Below are positions 9,711-18,661 of a DNA stretch of 64,000 nt, piece after piece. Each line of letters begins with the position of its first letter. Positions within the stretch are counted from its first letter, which is position 1. Source of the stretch: an uncultured delta proteobacterium (GTDB taxonomy: Bacteria > Myxococcota_A > Polyangia > Fen-1088); NCBI GenBank assembly GCA_963796685.1, contig CAWCMR010000015.1:288001-352000 (forward strand). Direction: 5' to 3'. The notes below the pieces were generated by a model, which saw only the letters and a program-made list of their open reading frames with translations, was not told the origin of the DNA and made no database searches. Position numbers and translations under genes: made by a program.

Positions 9711-10439
9711 ATGGCCGAGAAGGTCACCTTTACGATTGATGGCAAGGACGTCCAAGGCGAGCAGGGTCAGACCATTCTGCAGGCGGCGTCCCTATCCGGC
9801 ATCTACATCCCTCACCTGTGCGCCATGAAGGGCCTGACCCCCTGGGGAAGCTGCCGCGTGTGCACAGTGCTGGTCAACGGGCGACCGCAAGCTGCCTGCA
9901 CCATGCCCATCGCCGAGGGTATGGTGGTGGAAAACGAGACGGTCGAGCTGAAGGATCTGCGCAGCAGCCTGGTGGAGATGCTCTTCGTCGAGGGCAACCA
10001 CTACTGCATGTTCTGCGAGAAGAGCGGCAACTGCGAGCTGCAAGCCACGGCCTATCGCATGGGGATCCTGACGCCGCGCCACCCGTACATGTTCCCATCG
10101 CGCGAGGTGGACGCCAGCCATCCCGACGTGATGCTGGACTACAACCGCTGCATCCTGTGCGCGCGCTGCATTCGCGCCTCGCAAGAGCAGGACGGCAAGC
10201 ACGTGTTCCAGTTCATCGGCCGGGGTGCCCACAAGCGCCTCGGCGTGAATGCCGCGACCGGGGCCGGCGGGACCAACCTCAGCGTCACCGACAAGGCCGC
10301 CGAATCGTGTCCGGTCGGCTGCATCGTCAAGAAGCGCGTGGGCTTCGCCGTTCCCGTGGGCCAGCGCATGTACGACCAGAAACCCATCGGCAGCGAAATC
10401 GAATCCCGCAAGGCGGTCGCCCGCCAGGCGAGCAAGTAG
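9711..10439 (+). CDS. hoxU: NAD-reducing hydrogenase subunit HoxU
   Basis: IPHLC, GSCRVC, HYCMFCEKSGNCELQ, RCILCARCIRA. Confidence 0.93.
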   Translation: MAEKVTFTIDGKDVQGEQGQTILQAASLSGIYIPHLCAMKGLTPWGSCRVCTVLVNGRPQAACTMPIAEGMVVENETVELKDLRSSLVEMLFVEGNHYCMFCEKSGNCELQATAYRMGILTPRHPYMFPSREVDASHPDVMLDYNRCILCARCIRASQEQDGKHVFQFIGRGAHKRLGVNAATGAGGTNLSVTDKAAESCPVGCIVKKRVGFAVPVGQRMYDQKPIGSEIESRKAVARQASK

Positions 10440-10447
10440 GTAGCACC

Positions 10448-10996
10448 ATGGCAAACAAACCAAAGTTGGCGACGGTTTCCCTTGCAGGCTGCTTCGGTTG
10501 TCACATGTCGGTGCTCGACATCGACGAGCGCATCCTCAAGCTGATAGAGCTGGTCGACTTCGACCGCTCGCCCATCAACGACATCAAGAAGATCGAGGGT
10601 CGCTGCGCGGTCGGCATCGTCGAGGGTGGCTGTTGCAACGAGGAGAACGTCCACGTGCTGCAGCACTTCCGCGAGCACTGCGATGTGCTCATTTCGACCG
10701 GCGACTGCGCCACCATGGGCGGAATCCCGGCCCTGCGCAACACCATCCCGCTTCAGGAGTGTCTCGAGGAGGCGTACCTCAAGGGGCCGACGGTGTACAA
10801 CCCGCGTGGCAAGATCCCGAGCGATCCCGAGATCCCGCTCTTGCTCGACAAGGTCTACCCCTGCCACGAGGTGGTCAAGATGGACTACCACTTGCCCGGG
10901 TGCCCGCCCTCGGCGGACACGCTTTGGGAGGCCTTGGTGGCGCTGTTGACCGGCAAGCCCATCGCGCTGCCTTACGAGCTCATCAAGTACGACTGA
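10448..10996 (+). CDS. hoxY: [NiFe]-hydrogenase small subunit HoxY
   Basis: GCFGCHMS, GDCA, PGCPP; short single-cluster subunit. Confidence 0.93.
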   Translation: MANKPKLATVSLAGCFGCHMSVLDIDERILKLIELVDFDRSPINDIKKIEGRCAVGIVEGGCCNEENVHVLQHFREHCDVLISTGDCATMGGIPALRNTIPLQECLEEAYLKGPTVYNPRGKIPSDPEIPLLLDKVYPCHEVVKMDYHLPGCPPSADTLWEALVALLTGKPIALPYELIKYD

Positions 10997-11003
10997 TGGA
11001 CGG

Positions 11004-11060
11004 TAGGACGACGATAGGACGACGATAGGACGACGATAGGACGACGATAGGATGATAGGA
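11004..11060 (+). repeat. 11-bp tandem repeat (TAGGACGACGA)4 plus degenerate copies
   Basis: Exact units at 11004, 11015, 11026 and 11037 between hoxY and hoxH. Confidence 0.95.
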
Positions 11061-11072
11061 GAAGGAATTCCG

Positions 11073-12506
11073 ATGAACGTTGCCAAGCGAATCGTCATCG
11101 AGCCTGTGACCCGGGTTGAGGGACACGGGAAGGTCACCATCCTGCTCGACGAGAACAAGAAGGTCATCCAGGCCCGCCTGCACGTCGTCGAGTTCCGCGG
11201 CTTCGAGCGCTTCATCCAGGGGCGTCCGTTCTGGGAGGTCCCGGTGTTGGTGCAGCGGCTGTGCGGCATCTGTCCGGTCAGCCACCACCTGGCGGCGGCC
11301 AAGGCCATGGACCGCATCGTGGGCGCCGAGAAGCTGACGCCCACGGCAGAGAAGATCCGCCGCCTCATGCACTACGGGCAGATGTACCAGTCGCACGCCT
11401 TGCACTTCTTTCACCTGTCGTCGCCCGATCTGTTGTTCGGCTTCGACGCGGACGTGGCGGTTCGCAACGTCATCGGCGTGGCGGGCAAGTTCCCGGATCT
11501 GGCCGTGCAGGCCGTGCTCATGCGCAAGTACGGGCAAGAGCTCATCAAGGCCACGGCGGGCAAGAAGATCCACGGTACGGGGGCCATCCCCGGCGGCGTG
11601 AACAAGAATCTGTCCGTTGCCGAGCGCGACGTATTTCTCAAGGACATCGACCAACAGCTCAAGTGGGCAAAGTCGGCGGTCAAGATCGCCAAGGACTACA
11701 CGGTCGAGAACCTGGCCAAGCTGGCGCCCTTCGGGTCATTCGATTCGAATCACTTGTCGCTGGTTCGCGCCGACGGCGCCATGGATCTCTACCATGGCAA
11801 CCTGCGCGCCATCGACGCCCAGGGCGGGACCATCTTCGACCAGGTCGACTACCAGCGGTACATCGACTTCATCGCCGAGGAAGTACGCGACTGGTCGTAC
11901 ATGAAGTTCCCCTTCATCCGCTCCATCGGACCGGAAAAGGGCTGGTACCGCGTGGGACCTTTGGCTCGTCTCAACACCGCCAGCTTCATCGACACGCCGC
12001 TGGCCGAAATCGAGCGCAAGGAATTTCGCGCGGTGACGGGCGGCAAGCCGAACAACATCACCATGGCCTACCACTGGGCGCGCATGGTCGAGCTTCTGCA
12101 CTCCATCGAGAAGATTCAGGAGCTGCTGAACCACAAGGATCTGCAAGGCAAGGATCTGGTGACCAAGGGCGAGCGGCGCGAGGTGGGCATCGGGCTCATC
12201 GAGGCGCCGCGCGGGACCTTGTTCCACCACTACAAGGTGGACAAGAACGATCAGGTCGTGTCGGCCAACCTCATCGTGTCGACCACCAACAACAACGAGC
12301 CCATGAACCGCGCCGTGGCCAAGGTGGCCCAGGATCACCTGCAAGGCGTGGAGATCACCGAGGGACTGCTCAACCACGTCGAGGTGGCCATTCGCGCCTA
12401 CGACCCGTGTCTGTCGTGCGCGACCCACGCGCTCGGTCAGATGGCCATGGAAATGACCCTGCTCGATCACCAGGGCCAGATCCTAGACCGAAAGAGCAGG
12501 GGATGA
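11073..12506 (+). CDS. hoxH: Group 3d [NiFe]-hydrogenase large subunit HoxH
   Basis: TRVEGHG, RLCGICPVSH (L1), DPCLSCATH (L2) followed by a cleavable tail. Confidence 0.95.
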   Translation: MNVAKRIVIEPVTRVEGHGKVTILLDENKKVIQARLHVVEFRGFERFIQGRPFWEVPVLVQRLCGICPVSHHLAAAKAMDRIVGAEKLTPTAEKIRRLMHYGQMYQSHALHFFHLSSPDLLFGFDADVAVRNVIGVAGKFPDLAVQAVLMRKYGQELIKATAGKKIHGTGAIPGGVNKNLSVAERDVFLKDIDQQLKWAKSAVKIAKDYTVENLAKLAPFGSFDSNHLSLVRADGAMDLYHGNLRAIDAQGGTIFDQVDYQRYIDFIAEEVRDWSYMKFPFIRSIGPEKGWYRVGPLARLNTASFIDTPLAEIERKEFRAVTGGKPNNITMAYHWARMVELLHSIEKIQELLNHKDLQGKDLVTKGERREVGIGLIEAPRGTLFHHYKVDKNDQVVSANLIVSTTNNNEPMNRAVAKVAQDHLQGVEITEGLLNHVEVAIRAYDPCLSCATHALGQMAMEMTLLDHQGQILDRKSRG

Positions 12507-13048
12507 CCCACACACCGGCCAAGATCCTTCTGTACGGCTTCGGCAATCCCGCCCGTGGTGACGATGGCCTGGGGCCGGCGTTGGCCGCGGCCATCGAGGA
12601 GCTTGGTATTCCGGACCTCACGGTGGACGCCAACTACCAACTGACAGTGGAAGACGCCGCCGAGATTGCCGGGTATGATGCCGTCGTGTTCGCCGATGCT
12701 GCCACCCAGGGACCCACGCCCTTCTGGTTCTCGCGTATCGACGACACGACCGTCGCGCGGGCCGGGAGCACCCTCGGATGGACCAGCCACAGCGTCAGCC
12801 CAGTGCAGGTCGTGGCCCTGGCACACGGCATGTTCGCCAGCAAGGTCGCGGCCTATACCCTCGGCATCCGCGGCTACGAGTTCTGCGAGCTCGACGAGGC
12901 CTTGTCTTCGCAGGCGATAGACAACTTGACCGAGGCCGTGACGTTTGCCCGCAAGGCGCTCGTCGAGCGCCGCTTCGACCACTACGTGCAGGAATTGGGC
13001 CCCCCCGCCGCCGGTCTTGTCGCCAGCGGCTCAACCTGGAAGGCGTAA
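12503..13048 (+). CDS. hoxW: Hydrogenase maturation endopeptidase
   Basis: GFGNPARGDDGLG, FADA, TSHSVSP; ATGA overlap with hoxH. Confidence 0.9.
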   Translation: MTHTPAKILLYGFGNPARGDDGLGPALAAAIEELGIPDLTVDANYQLTVEDAAEIAGYDAVVFADAATQGPTPFWFSRIDDTTVARAGSTLGWTSHSVSPVQVVALAHGMFASKVAAYTLGIRGYEFCELDEALSSQAIDNLTEAVTFARKALVERRFDHYVQELGPPAAGLVASGSTWKA

Positions 13049-13050
13049 AC

Positions 13051-13428
13051 ATGAGAGATGGAAAGCACCTCATCCTTTGCGTCGATGACGACGCGGATCT
13101 TCTCGATCTTCTGCGCATGCAATTGGAGAAGGGCGGCTACGTGGTCGAGGCCGCGTTTTCCGCCGAAGAAGGCCTGGCCAAGTTCAAGCAGGTGAAACCC
13201 GACCTCATCATCCTCGATCTGATGATGGAAGAGATCGACGCCGGGACGAACCTGGTCAAGGAGCTGAAGCTCGCCGGAAATCAGGCGCCCATCCTCCTGC
13301 TCAGCTCGATGGGCGACCAGCTCAACCTGTCGACCGGGTACCGCGAGCTCGGCCTGGATGCCGTGTTCCAGAAGCCGGTGAACGCAGAAGCGCTATTGCG
13401 CACCATCAAGGCCAAATTGACGAAATAG
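13051..13428 (+). CDS. Single-domain response regulator
   Basis: CVDDD, ILDLMM phospho-Asp, FQKP. Confidence 0.92.
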   Translation: MRDGKHLILCVDDDADLLDLLRMQLEKGGYVVEAAFSAEEGLAKFKQVKPDLIILDLMMEEIDAGTNLVKELKLAGNQAPILLLSSMGDQLNLSTGYRELGLDAVFQKPVNAEALLRTIKAKLTK

Positions 13429-13467
13429 CGCTTGCGTCGGGGTGTTATCCGTCGGACAACCCCAAGC

Positions 13468-14841
13468 ATGGAATCGAGGACTAGCGAGGCCCTGATTCTC
13501 ACGCACAGTCTGTTGCTGGGTGAAAGGCTGTACCTATTCGCCCGGCTGCGCTTCGTTGCCGCCGCAGGGATTCTGGTAGGCGCGCTCTTCGCCACGTATG
13601 TCGTCGGAGTGCGGGGTCTCGACATTCCTGCGTTGGCGGGGGCTGCCGCGTTCCTGGCGGCGAACAACGTCTGGGTATTCCTCACGGTTCGCCCCTACCG
13701 TCGCCCAGGTGGCGGCAAATCAACCGAGCGCCGTCTGGTTTATGTCGCGCACCTTTCGATCCTGCTCGATTACCTGGTGCTGACCTTCGCCATCTGGCAG
13801 GTGGGCGGGGGACATTCGCCATTTCTCGCCTTCTACCTGCTGCATGCGATTCTGGCGTCCGTGCTGCTGTCCCGGGGCGCGGCCTATGGACACGCGGCCG
13901 TGGGGTATCTGCTTCTGGCCGGCCTCGTGCTTGGGGAATGGTACGGCGTGATCCCAAGGCACCGGCCGCTCGGGGCCGTTCACGCCGGGGGCGAAGGCGA
14001 CGTGTCGGTGGTCCTGACCGTGCTGTTCGTCTACGGCTTGCTCACCGCCGTTACGACCGTGCTCACCACCGGAATCGTTCGGCTGTTGCGCCACAACGAA
14101 CAGGGGTTGCTCGAGGCGAGCGAGCGGCTCGAAGGGTTGGCGGACCTGCGGCGGTCGTTTCTGCACGTGGTCCTGCACGATCTGCGCAGCCCCGTCGGTA
14201 CCGTGGTCACCATGCTGGAGGGGCTGGGCAGTGGGGTGGACGGCGAGTTGGGCGAGGCTGCCAAGACACGCGTGGATAGGGCAGGGGAAAAGTTGCGGGG
14301 CGTGCTCGAGCTGCTACGCAGCCTACGCGTCCTTGCCGATCTCGAAACCGAGCGACTCGAGGGCATGATGGCTCCCGTGGATGTGCTGGCCACGCTGCGC
14401 GCTGCGGTCGAGGAGCAGTCGGAGGCCGCCGAACAGAAGGGACAGCACCTGCAAATGGATCTGCCGGCAACGCTGCCGGCGATCCGCGGAATCGAGCGGC
14501 TTCTCCGCGAGGCCGTGGCGAACTACCTCACCAACGCCATCAAGTACGCCGATCCCAGCGGTCCCATCGAGGTTCGCGCGGCGCAAGCTGGCTCCTTCGT
14601 GCGCATCGAGGTCAGCGACCACGGTCCTGGCATCTCTGCGGAGGACCAAGCCCGCCTGTTCCAGGAGTTCGCCCGGGTCGGAAAACCGGGCTCTCGGCCG
14701 AGCAAGGCCACGGGGATCGGCCTCGGGCTCTCCATCGTACGCCGCATCGCGGAGGCGCATGAGGGCCGCGCTGGTGTCGAGAGCCAGGCCGGGAAGGGCA
14801 GTACGTTCTTCATCGAATTGCCGATAATCCGCCAAGTCTAG
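13468..14841 (+). CDS. Membrane sensor histidine kinase
   Basis: Multiple N-terminal TM helices; HDLRSP, NAIKY, DHGPGI, GLGLSI. Confidence 0.92.
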   Translation: MESRTSEALILTHSLLLGERLYLFARLRFVAAAGILVGALFATYVVGVRGLDIPALAGAAAFLAANNVWVFLTVRPYRRPGGGKSTERRLVYVAHLSILLDYLVLTFAIWQVGGGHSPFLAFYLLHAILASVLLSRGAAYGHAAVGYLLLAGLVLGEWYGVIPRHRPLGAVHAGGEGDVSVVLTVLFVYGLLTAVTTVLTTGIVRLLRHNEQGLLEASERLEGLADLRRSFLHVVLHDLRSPVGTVVTMLEGLGSGVDGELGEAAKTRVDRAGEKLRGVLELLRSLRVLADLETERLEGMMAPVDVLATLRAAVEEQSEAAEQKGQHLQMDLPATLPAIRGIERLLREAVANYLTNAIKYADPSGPIEVRAAQAGSFVRIEVSDHGPGISAEDQARLFQEFARVGKPGSRPSKATGIGLGLSIVRRIAEAHEGRAGVESQAGKGSTFFIELPIIRQV

Positions 14842-14938
14842 AGAGCAGGGCGCGCAACCCCGGGGTCTCTTCTACTACTACTGCACGATCCACCTGGCCG
14901 CGATGATTCCGGCCAATGGCATGATCACGGTCGAGTAG

Positions 14939-15736
14939 CTACCCGACGAGCTCGGCCATGTTCTGCGACAAGGCCAATTCGAAATTCTCGGGCGAGAGCG
15001 GAAGACGGCGGAAGTTGGCCAGCTCGGCGGCTTGGTCGTTCCACGGCGAATCGGTGCCGAAGAGGATTCGCCGCGGACTGTGGCGCGCCAGAATCGTGGC
15101 CATGATGTCGGGCGGGCACCACAAGGGCGTAAAGCTGGTTTCCAGGTAGATGTCGCAGCCCACCAGGTAGTCGAGGACGCCCTGCCAGTCGTCCATGCCG
15201 CCGAGGTGACAGCCCACCAAACGCAGCGCCGGCACGAGGTCGTGCAGTCGCCGCAACCTGAGCGGCGAGCCCTCGTCGTGTTTCTCGAATGCGGGATGGT
15301 AGCCCCCGTGGACCTCGATGATCAATCCCGCGCGCTCGGCGGCCCGAGCGATGCGCAGGCAGCGCGCATCATCGAGCGCGCAGTGCATGTACTGCGGATG
15401 AAACTTGAGGCCGCGTAGGCCGAGGGAGGCGATGCGCTCGATCTCGCGCTCGGGCTCGGGATAGTCGGGATGAATCGACGGAAAGGGAATCAATCGGTCG
15501 CTGGCCACGCTGGCGCTCCAGTCGGTGATCTTCTCGACTTGGGTCAGCTTGGTCGCCACCGAGCAGAGCACGGCCCGGCGGATGCCCGCCCGATCCATCG
15601 ACGCGAGCAGCGCGGCGACGGTGCCGTCATGATGATTGCGCATTTCGTGCCACAGCCCTTGCCCGCACAGGGAGGTGACGGCGTGCTTGGCAATGCCGTC
15701 GGGAAATGCGTGCGCATGAGCGTCGATGATGTCCAA
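14939..15736 (-). CDS. Amidohydro_2 family metallohydrolase
   Basis: IIDAHAH, GLKFHP, HLGG, LFGTDSPW; TTG start chosen, GTG at 15799 is possible. Confidence 0.88.
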   Translation of the reverse strand: MDIIDAHAHAFPDGIAKHAVTSLCGQGLWHEMRNHHDGTVAALLASMDRAGIRRAVLCSVATKLTQVEKITDWSASVASDRLIPFPSIHPDYPEPEREIERIASLGLRGLKFHPQYMHCALDDARCLRIARAAERAGLIIEVHGGYHPAFEKHDEGSPLRLRRLHDLVPALRLVGCHLGGMDDWQGVLDYLVGCDIYLETSFTPLWCPPDIMATILARHSPRRILFGTDSPWNDQAAELANFRRLPLSPENFELALSQNMAELVG

Positions 15737-15840
15737 AGCGGCGCGAGAATAGGGCCCGCCGTCGCTTCCGACAAGGTCCAACGCAAGAACCACTTTCACG
15801 GTGGGGAAGGCCAGCCCCCACGCGGATGTTGCGGAGCCGC

Positions 15841-17754
15841 ATGTTCCGGGCGTTTTTCGGCGGAAGAGCCGAGGACCCGATTGATCGAACGGACCATCCA
15901 GCGGATGATGGACCTACGGCCGGAACCTCGCCCATGCCCGACAAAGATCCGCTCAACATCTCTGGACAGATTGTTGCCGAGAAGTATCGCATCGAGCATC
16001 TCGTCGGTGAGGGCGGCTTCGCCGTGGTGTACCTGGCCGAGCACACGATCTGGAAGCAACCGGTGGCCGTGAAATTCTTCAGCGGTCTTTCGCAAGCCCC
16101 CGCCGAATATCGTGACGAGCTGCTGCATCAGTTCTTCCAGGAGGGTGCTCTTCTGACCGAGCTGTCGAGCCAGACCGCGGGGATCGTGCAGGCGCGGGAC
16201 GTGGGTGCCTACACCACGCGCGCCGGCCAGTGGCTGCCCTTCATGGTCCTCGAGTGGCTCGACGGCACGCCCCTCGACGCCATCCTGGCAGAGGATCAGC
16301 GCCTGGAGAAGCCGTGGACAGAGGGCGAAACGGTGGGGTTCTTGCGGCGAATCTTGCCCATTCTCGACGTGGCCCATCGGCGAGGGATCACCCACCGCGA
16401 CATCAAACCGGCAAACATCTTCGTCATGGGCGGCGAAGCGCGCGCTACGGACACACCCTGCAAGCTGCTCGATTTCGGCGTCGCCAAGATGGTCTCCGAC
16501 CACGCCAAGATCAACGCCGCGCTCGCCAAGACCGGCGTGGCCATTACCTCCTTCACGCCCCGCTATGGAGCGCCCGAGCAATTCACGCGAAGCTACGGCG
16601 CCACCGGGCCATGGACAGACGTGTACGCGGTGGCACTCCTGGCGTGCGAGATGCTCACGGGCCGGGCTGCGCTCGAGGGGAGCAATCTCGTCCAGTTCGG
16701 ATTCTCCTCGGCCAATCCCGCGCAACGCCCCACCCCTCGCTTCCTCGGAGCCCCCGTTTCAAGTCCTGTCGAGGCGGTGTTCGCCAAGGCCCTGGCGGTC
16801 CGACCGGAGGACCGCTTTCAGCACGCGGGAGAATTTCTCGAGAGTCTCGATCGCGGTGTCCCTTCACCAGCCCACCCGGCTCCATCGACCAGTTTGCAGC
16901 TCGCCGCCACGGTCCTGGTCCGGACCGAAGAACGCGCGATTGCTCCTGCGACGAGCAAGGCCGAGCCTCCGCTGGCGACGGAGGTCGGGCCTGCGCCTCC
17001 CGCGACGACCAAGGCCGAGCCTGCACCGCCTGCGACGACGAAGGCCGAGCGTCTACCGAAAGAAGGCAAATCCGGGGTGGGCTCCTTCATCCTCATCCTC
17101 GTCGTGCTCGTGGGCGGTTTCGTCGGCTACAGCACCACCGAGCTTCGGGGGGCAAGAGAGGTGCGTGAGCTCTTCTCTCCGGTGTTTCGCCTTGCCAGGA
17201 AAGAGGCAGCCCGGCAGCTTCCCAAGCTGCGGGAGAAAACCCGAAGGGTCATGGACGATGCCGCGGACATTCTGGCCGGAGCGGGCGGCCAGGCCGGAAC
17301 AGCGATCGCGTGCCCTCCCGGCACGCGACTCGTGACCTCGCTGCCAGTGCAAGGCGCGGTCGCCCCACCTGCCGAGCACGACCCGGGCGAACCGGTCTGT
17401 GTCGATGAGCATAGGGTCAGCGAAATCGACTACGAGGAGTGCCGCCTATGCGAGCAGCCGAGGCGCTCGCGGGCGAAGAGAAGGACCCGGGGGCACGCCG
17501 GATTCTGCTTCGACGGCAAGGCTCCCACGACCGATCCGATTCGATGTGTGTCCTGGAAGCAGGCAGACATCTATTGTGCAGCCCGCGGAGGCAGGCTTCC
17601 CACCGAAGGTGAGCTGCGCGCGCTGGCGCCGACGGTGACGATGGCGCCGATGGAGTGGACACAAGCGACGCCCGTGGCCGGTCGCGGAAAGCGGGGCCGC
17701 TTTCGCTGCGTTCGCGAGCAGGCGGGGCAGGGCGCTCCGATGCGGAAGCCGTGA
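15841..17754 (+). CDS. Ser/Thr protein kinase with TM helix and reduced FGE-sulfatase-like C-terminus
   Basis: GEGGFAVVY, VAVK, HRDIKPAN, DFG, APE; C-terminal VSWKQADIYCAARGGRLPTE...FRCVRE; start may be 15934. Confidence 0.9.
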   Translation: MFRAFFGGRAEDPIDRTDHPADDGPTAGTSPMPDKDPLNISGQIVAEKYRIEHLVGEGGFAVVYLAEHTIWKQPVAVKFFSGLSQAPAEYRDELLHQFFQEGALLTELSSQTAGIVQARDVGAYTTRAGQWLPFMVLEWLDGTPLDAILAEDQRLEKPWTEGETVGFLRRILPILDVAHRRGITHRDIKPANIFVMGGEARATDTPCKLLDFGVAKMVSDHAKINAALAKTGVAITSFTPRYGAPEQFTRSYGATGPWTDVYAVALLACEMLTGRAALEGSNLVQFGFSSANPAQRPTPRFLGAPVSSPVEAVFAKALAVRPEDRFQHAGEFLESLDRGVPSPAHPAPSTSLQLAATVLVRTEERAIAPATSKAEPPLATEVGPAPPATTKAEPAPPATTKAERLPKEGKSGVGSFILILVVLVGGFVGYSTTELRGAREVRELFSPVFRLARKEAARQLPKLREKTRRVMDDAADILAGAGGQAGTAIACPPGTRLVTSLPVQGAVAPPAEHDPGEPVCVDEHRVSEIDYEECRLCEQPRRSRAKRRTRGHAGFCFDGKAPTTDPIRCVSWKQADIYCAARGGRLPTEGELRALAPTVTMAPMEWTQATPVAGRGKRGRFRCVREQAGQGAPMRKP

Positions 17755-17845
17755 CGATGAAGCTCGTCATGGTCGTCCTCGCCTGAAGGCTTCTGCAATT
17801 CGGAGAACGCCAGTCCGAGAATGAACGACGGTGGCGGACGAGGAC

Positions 17846-17873
17846 TTGCACCGGTCGCTTCGCCTGCCATAAT
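17846..17873 (+). promoter_or_regulatory. Sigma70-like promoter of the CBS gene
   Basis: TTGCAC-N16-CATAAT with extended TG; AAGGAGG RBS downstream. Confidence 0.55.
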
Positions 17874-17903
17874 TCGGGCATTTCCATTGGCAAGGAGGCG
17901 AAG

Positions 17904-18374
17904 ATGCGTGTTGCAGAACTGATGACCAAGCAAGTGGCGAGCTGCAAGCCGGAGGATCGTCTTAGCGCGGCGGCGAAGCTGATGTGGGATGCGGACTGCG
18001 GGGCCGTTCCCGTGGTGGGCTCCGACGGCAACGTGAAGGGCATGATTACCGACCGAGACATATGCATGGCGTGCTACACGCGCAACCAGGCACCCGGGAC
18101 CGTCTCGGTTCAGGAGGCCATGTCGCGGAAGCTGTACTTCTGCAAAACCAACAGCCAGGTCAGCGAAGCCGAGGACATCATGCGCACCAACCAGGTGAGA
18201 CGAATTCCGGTCGTCGACCAACAGGGCAGGCTGGCAGGCGTACTGTCGCTGGCCGACATCGCTCGGGAGGTAGAGCGCAGCCGCGGCAAGTCCTCGCAGG
18301 AGATCACCGCGGATGATGTCGCCTCGATTCTCGGCGGCATCAGTCGGCCGCAAGCGGCAATGCGTCCGCATTAG
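17904..18374 (+). CDS. CBS-domain protein
   Basis: ELMT, CGAVPVV, GMITDRDI, VRRIPVVD. Confidence 0.93.
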   Translation: MRVAELMTKQVASCKPEDRLSAAAKLMWDADCGAVPVVGSDGNVKGMITDRDICMACYTRNQAPGTVSVQEAMSRKLYFCKTNSQVSEAEDIMRTNQVRRIPVVDQQGRLAGVLSLADIAREVERSRGKSSQEITADDVASILGGISRPQAAMRPH

Positions 18375-18661
18375 GCGCAAGCAGCCAAGCTGTGTGCGCA
18401 GATAGCTCGTAGAAACGTACAGACAATACCGACGGTCGTTCGGGCGCAGTCGCCGCCGGCCGTCGGCGGTGCGACAGGGGTTCGCACTGCTTTGCCGAAA
18501 ATCGGGCTGGAAATGCGGATTTGGTGCGTCGGATGCGAGTATTCCTGCGCGTCAGGCTGTATACTCTGCTTGATTTGAGTGTGGGCAGCGCCTCGGGCAA
18601 CATCCTGCCGAGGGTTCTTCGTGAGCTTTCGGGGGAATTGCACGGGACGAAGGAACCCGTC

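Noticed and set aside
11073-12506. Selenocysteine-containing hydrogenase
   Set aside because: All four metal ligands are Cys codons, with no in-frame TGA
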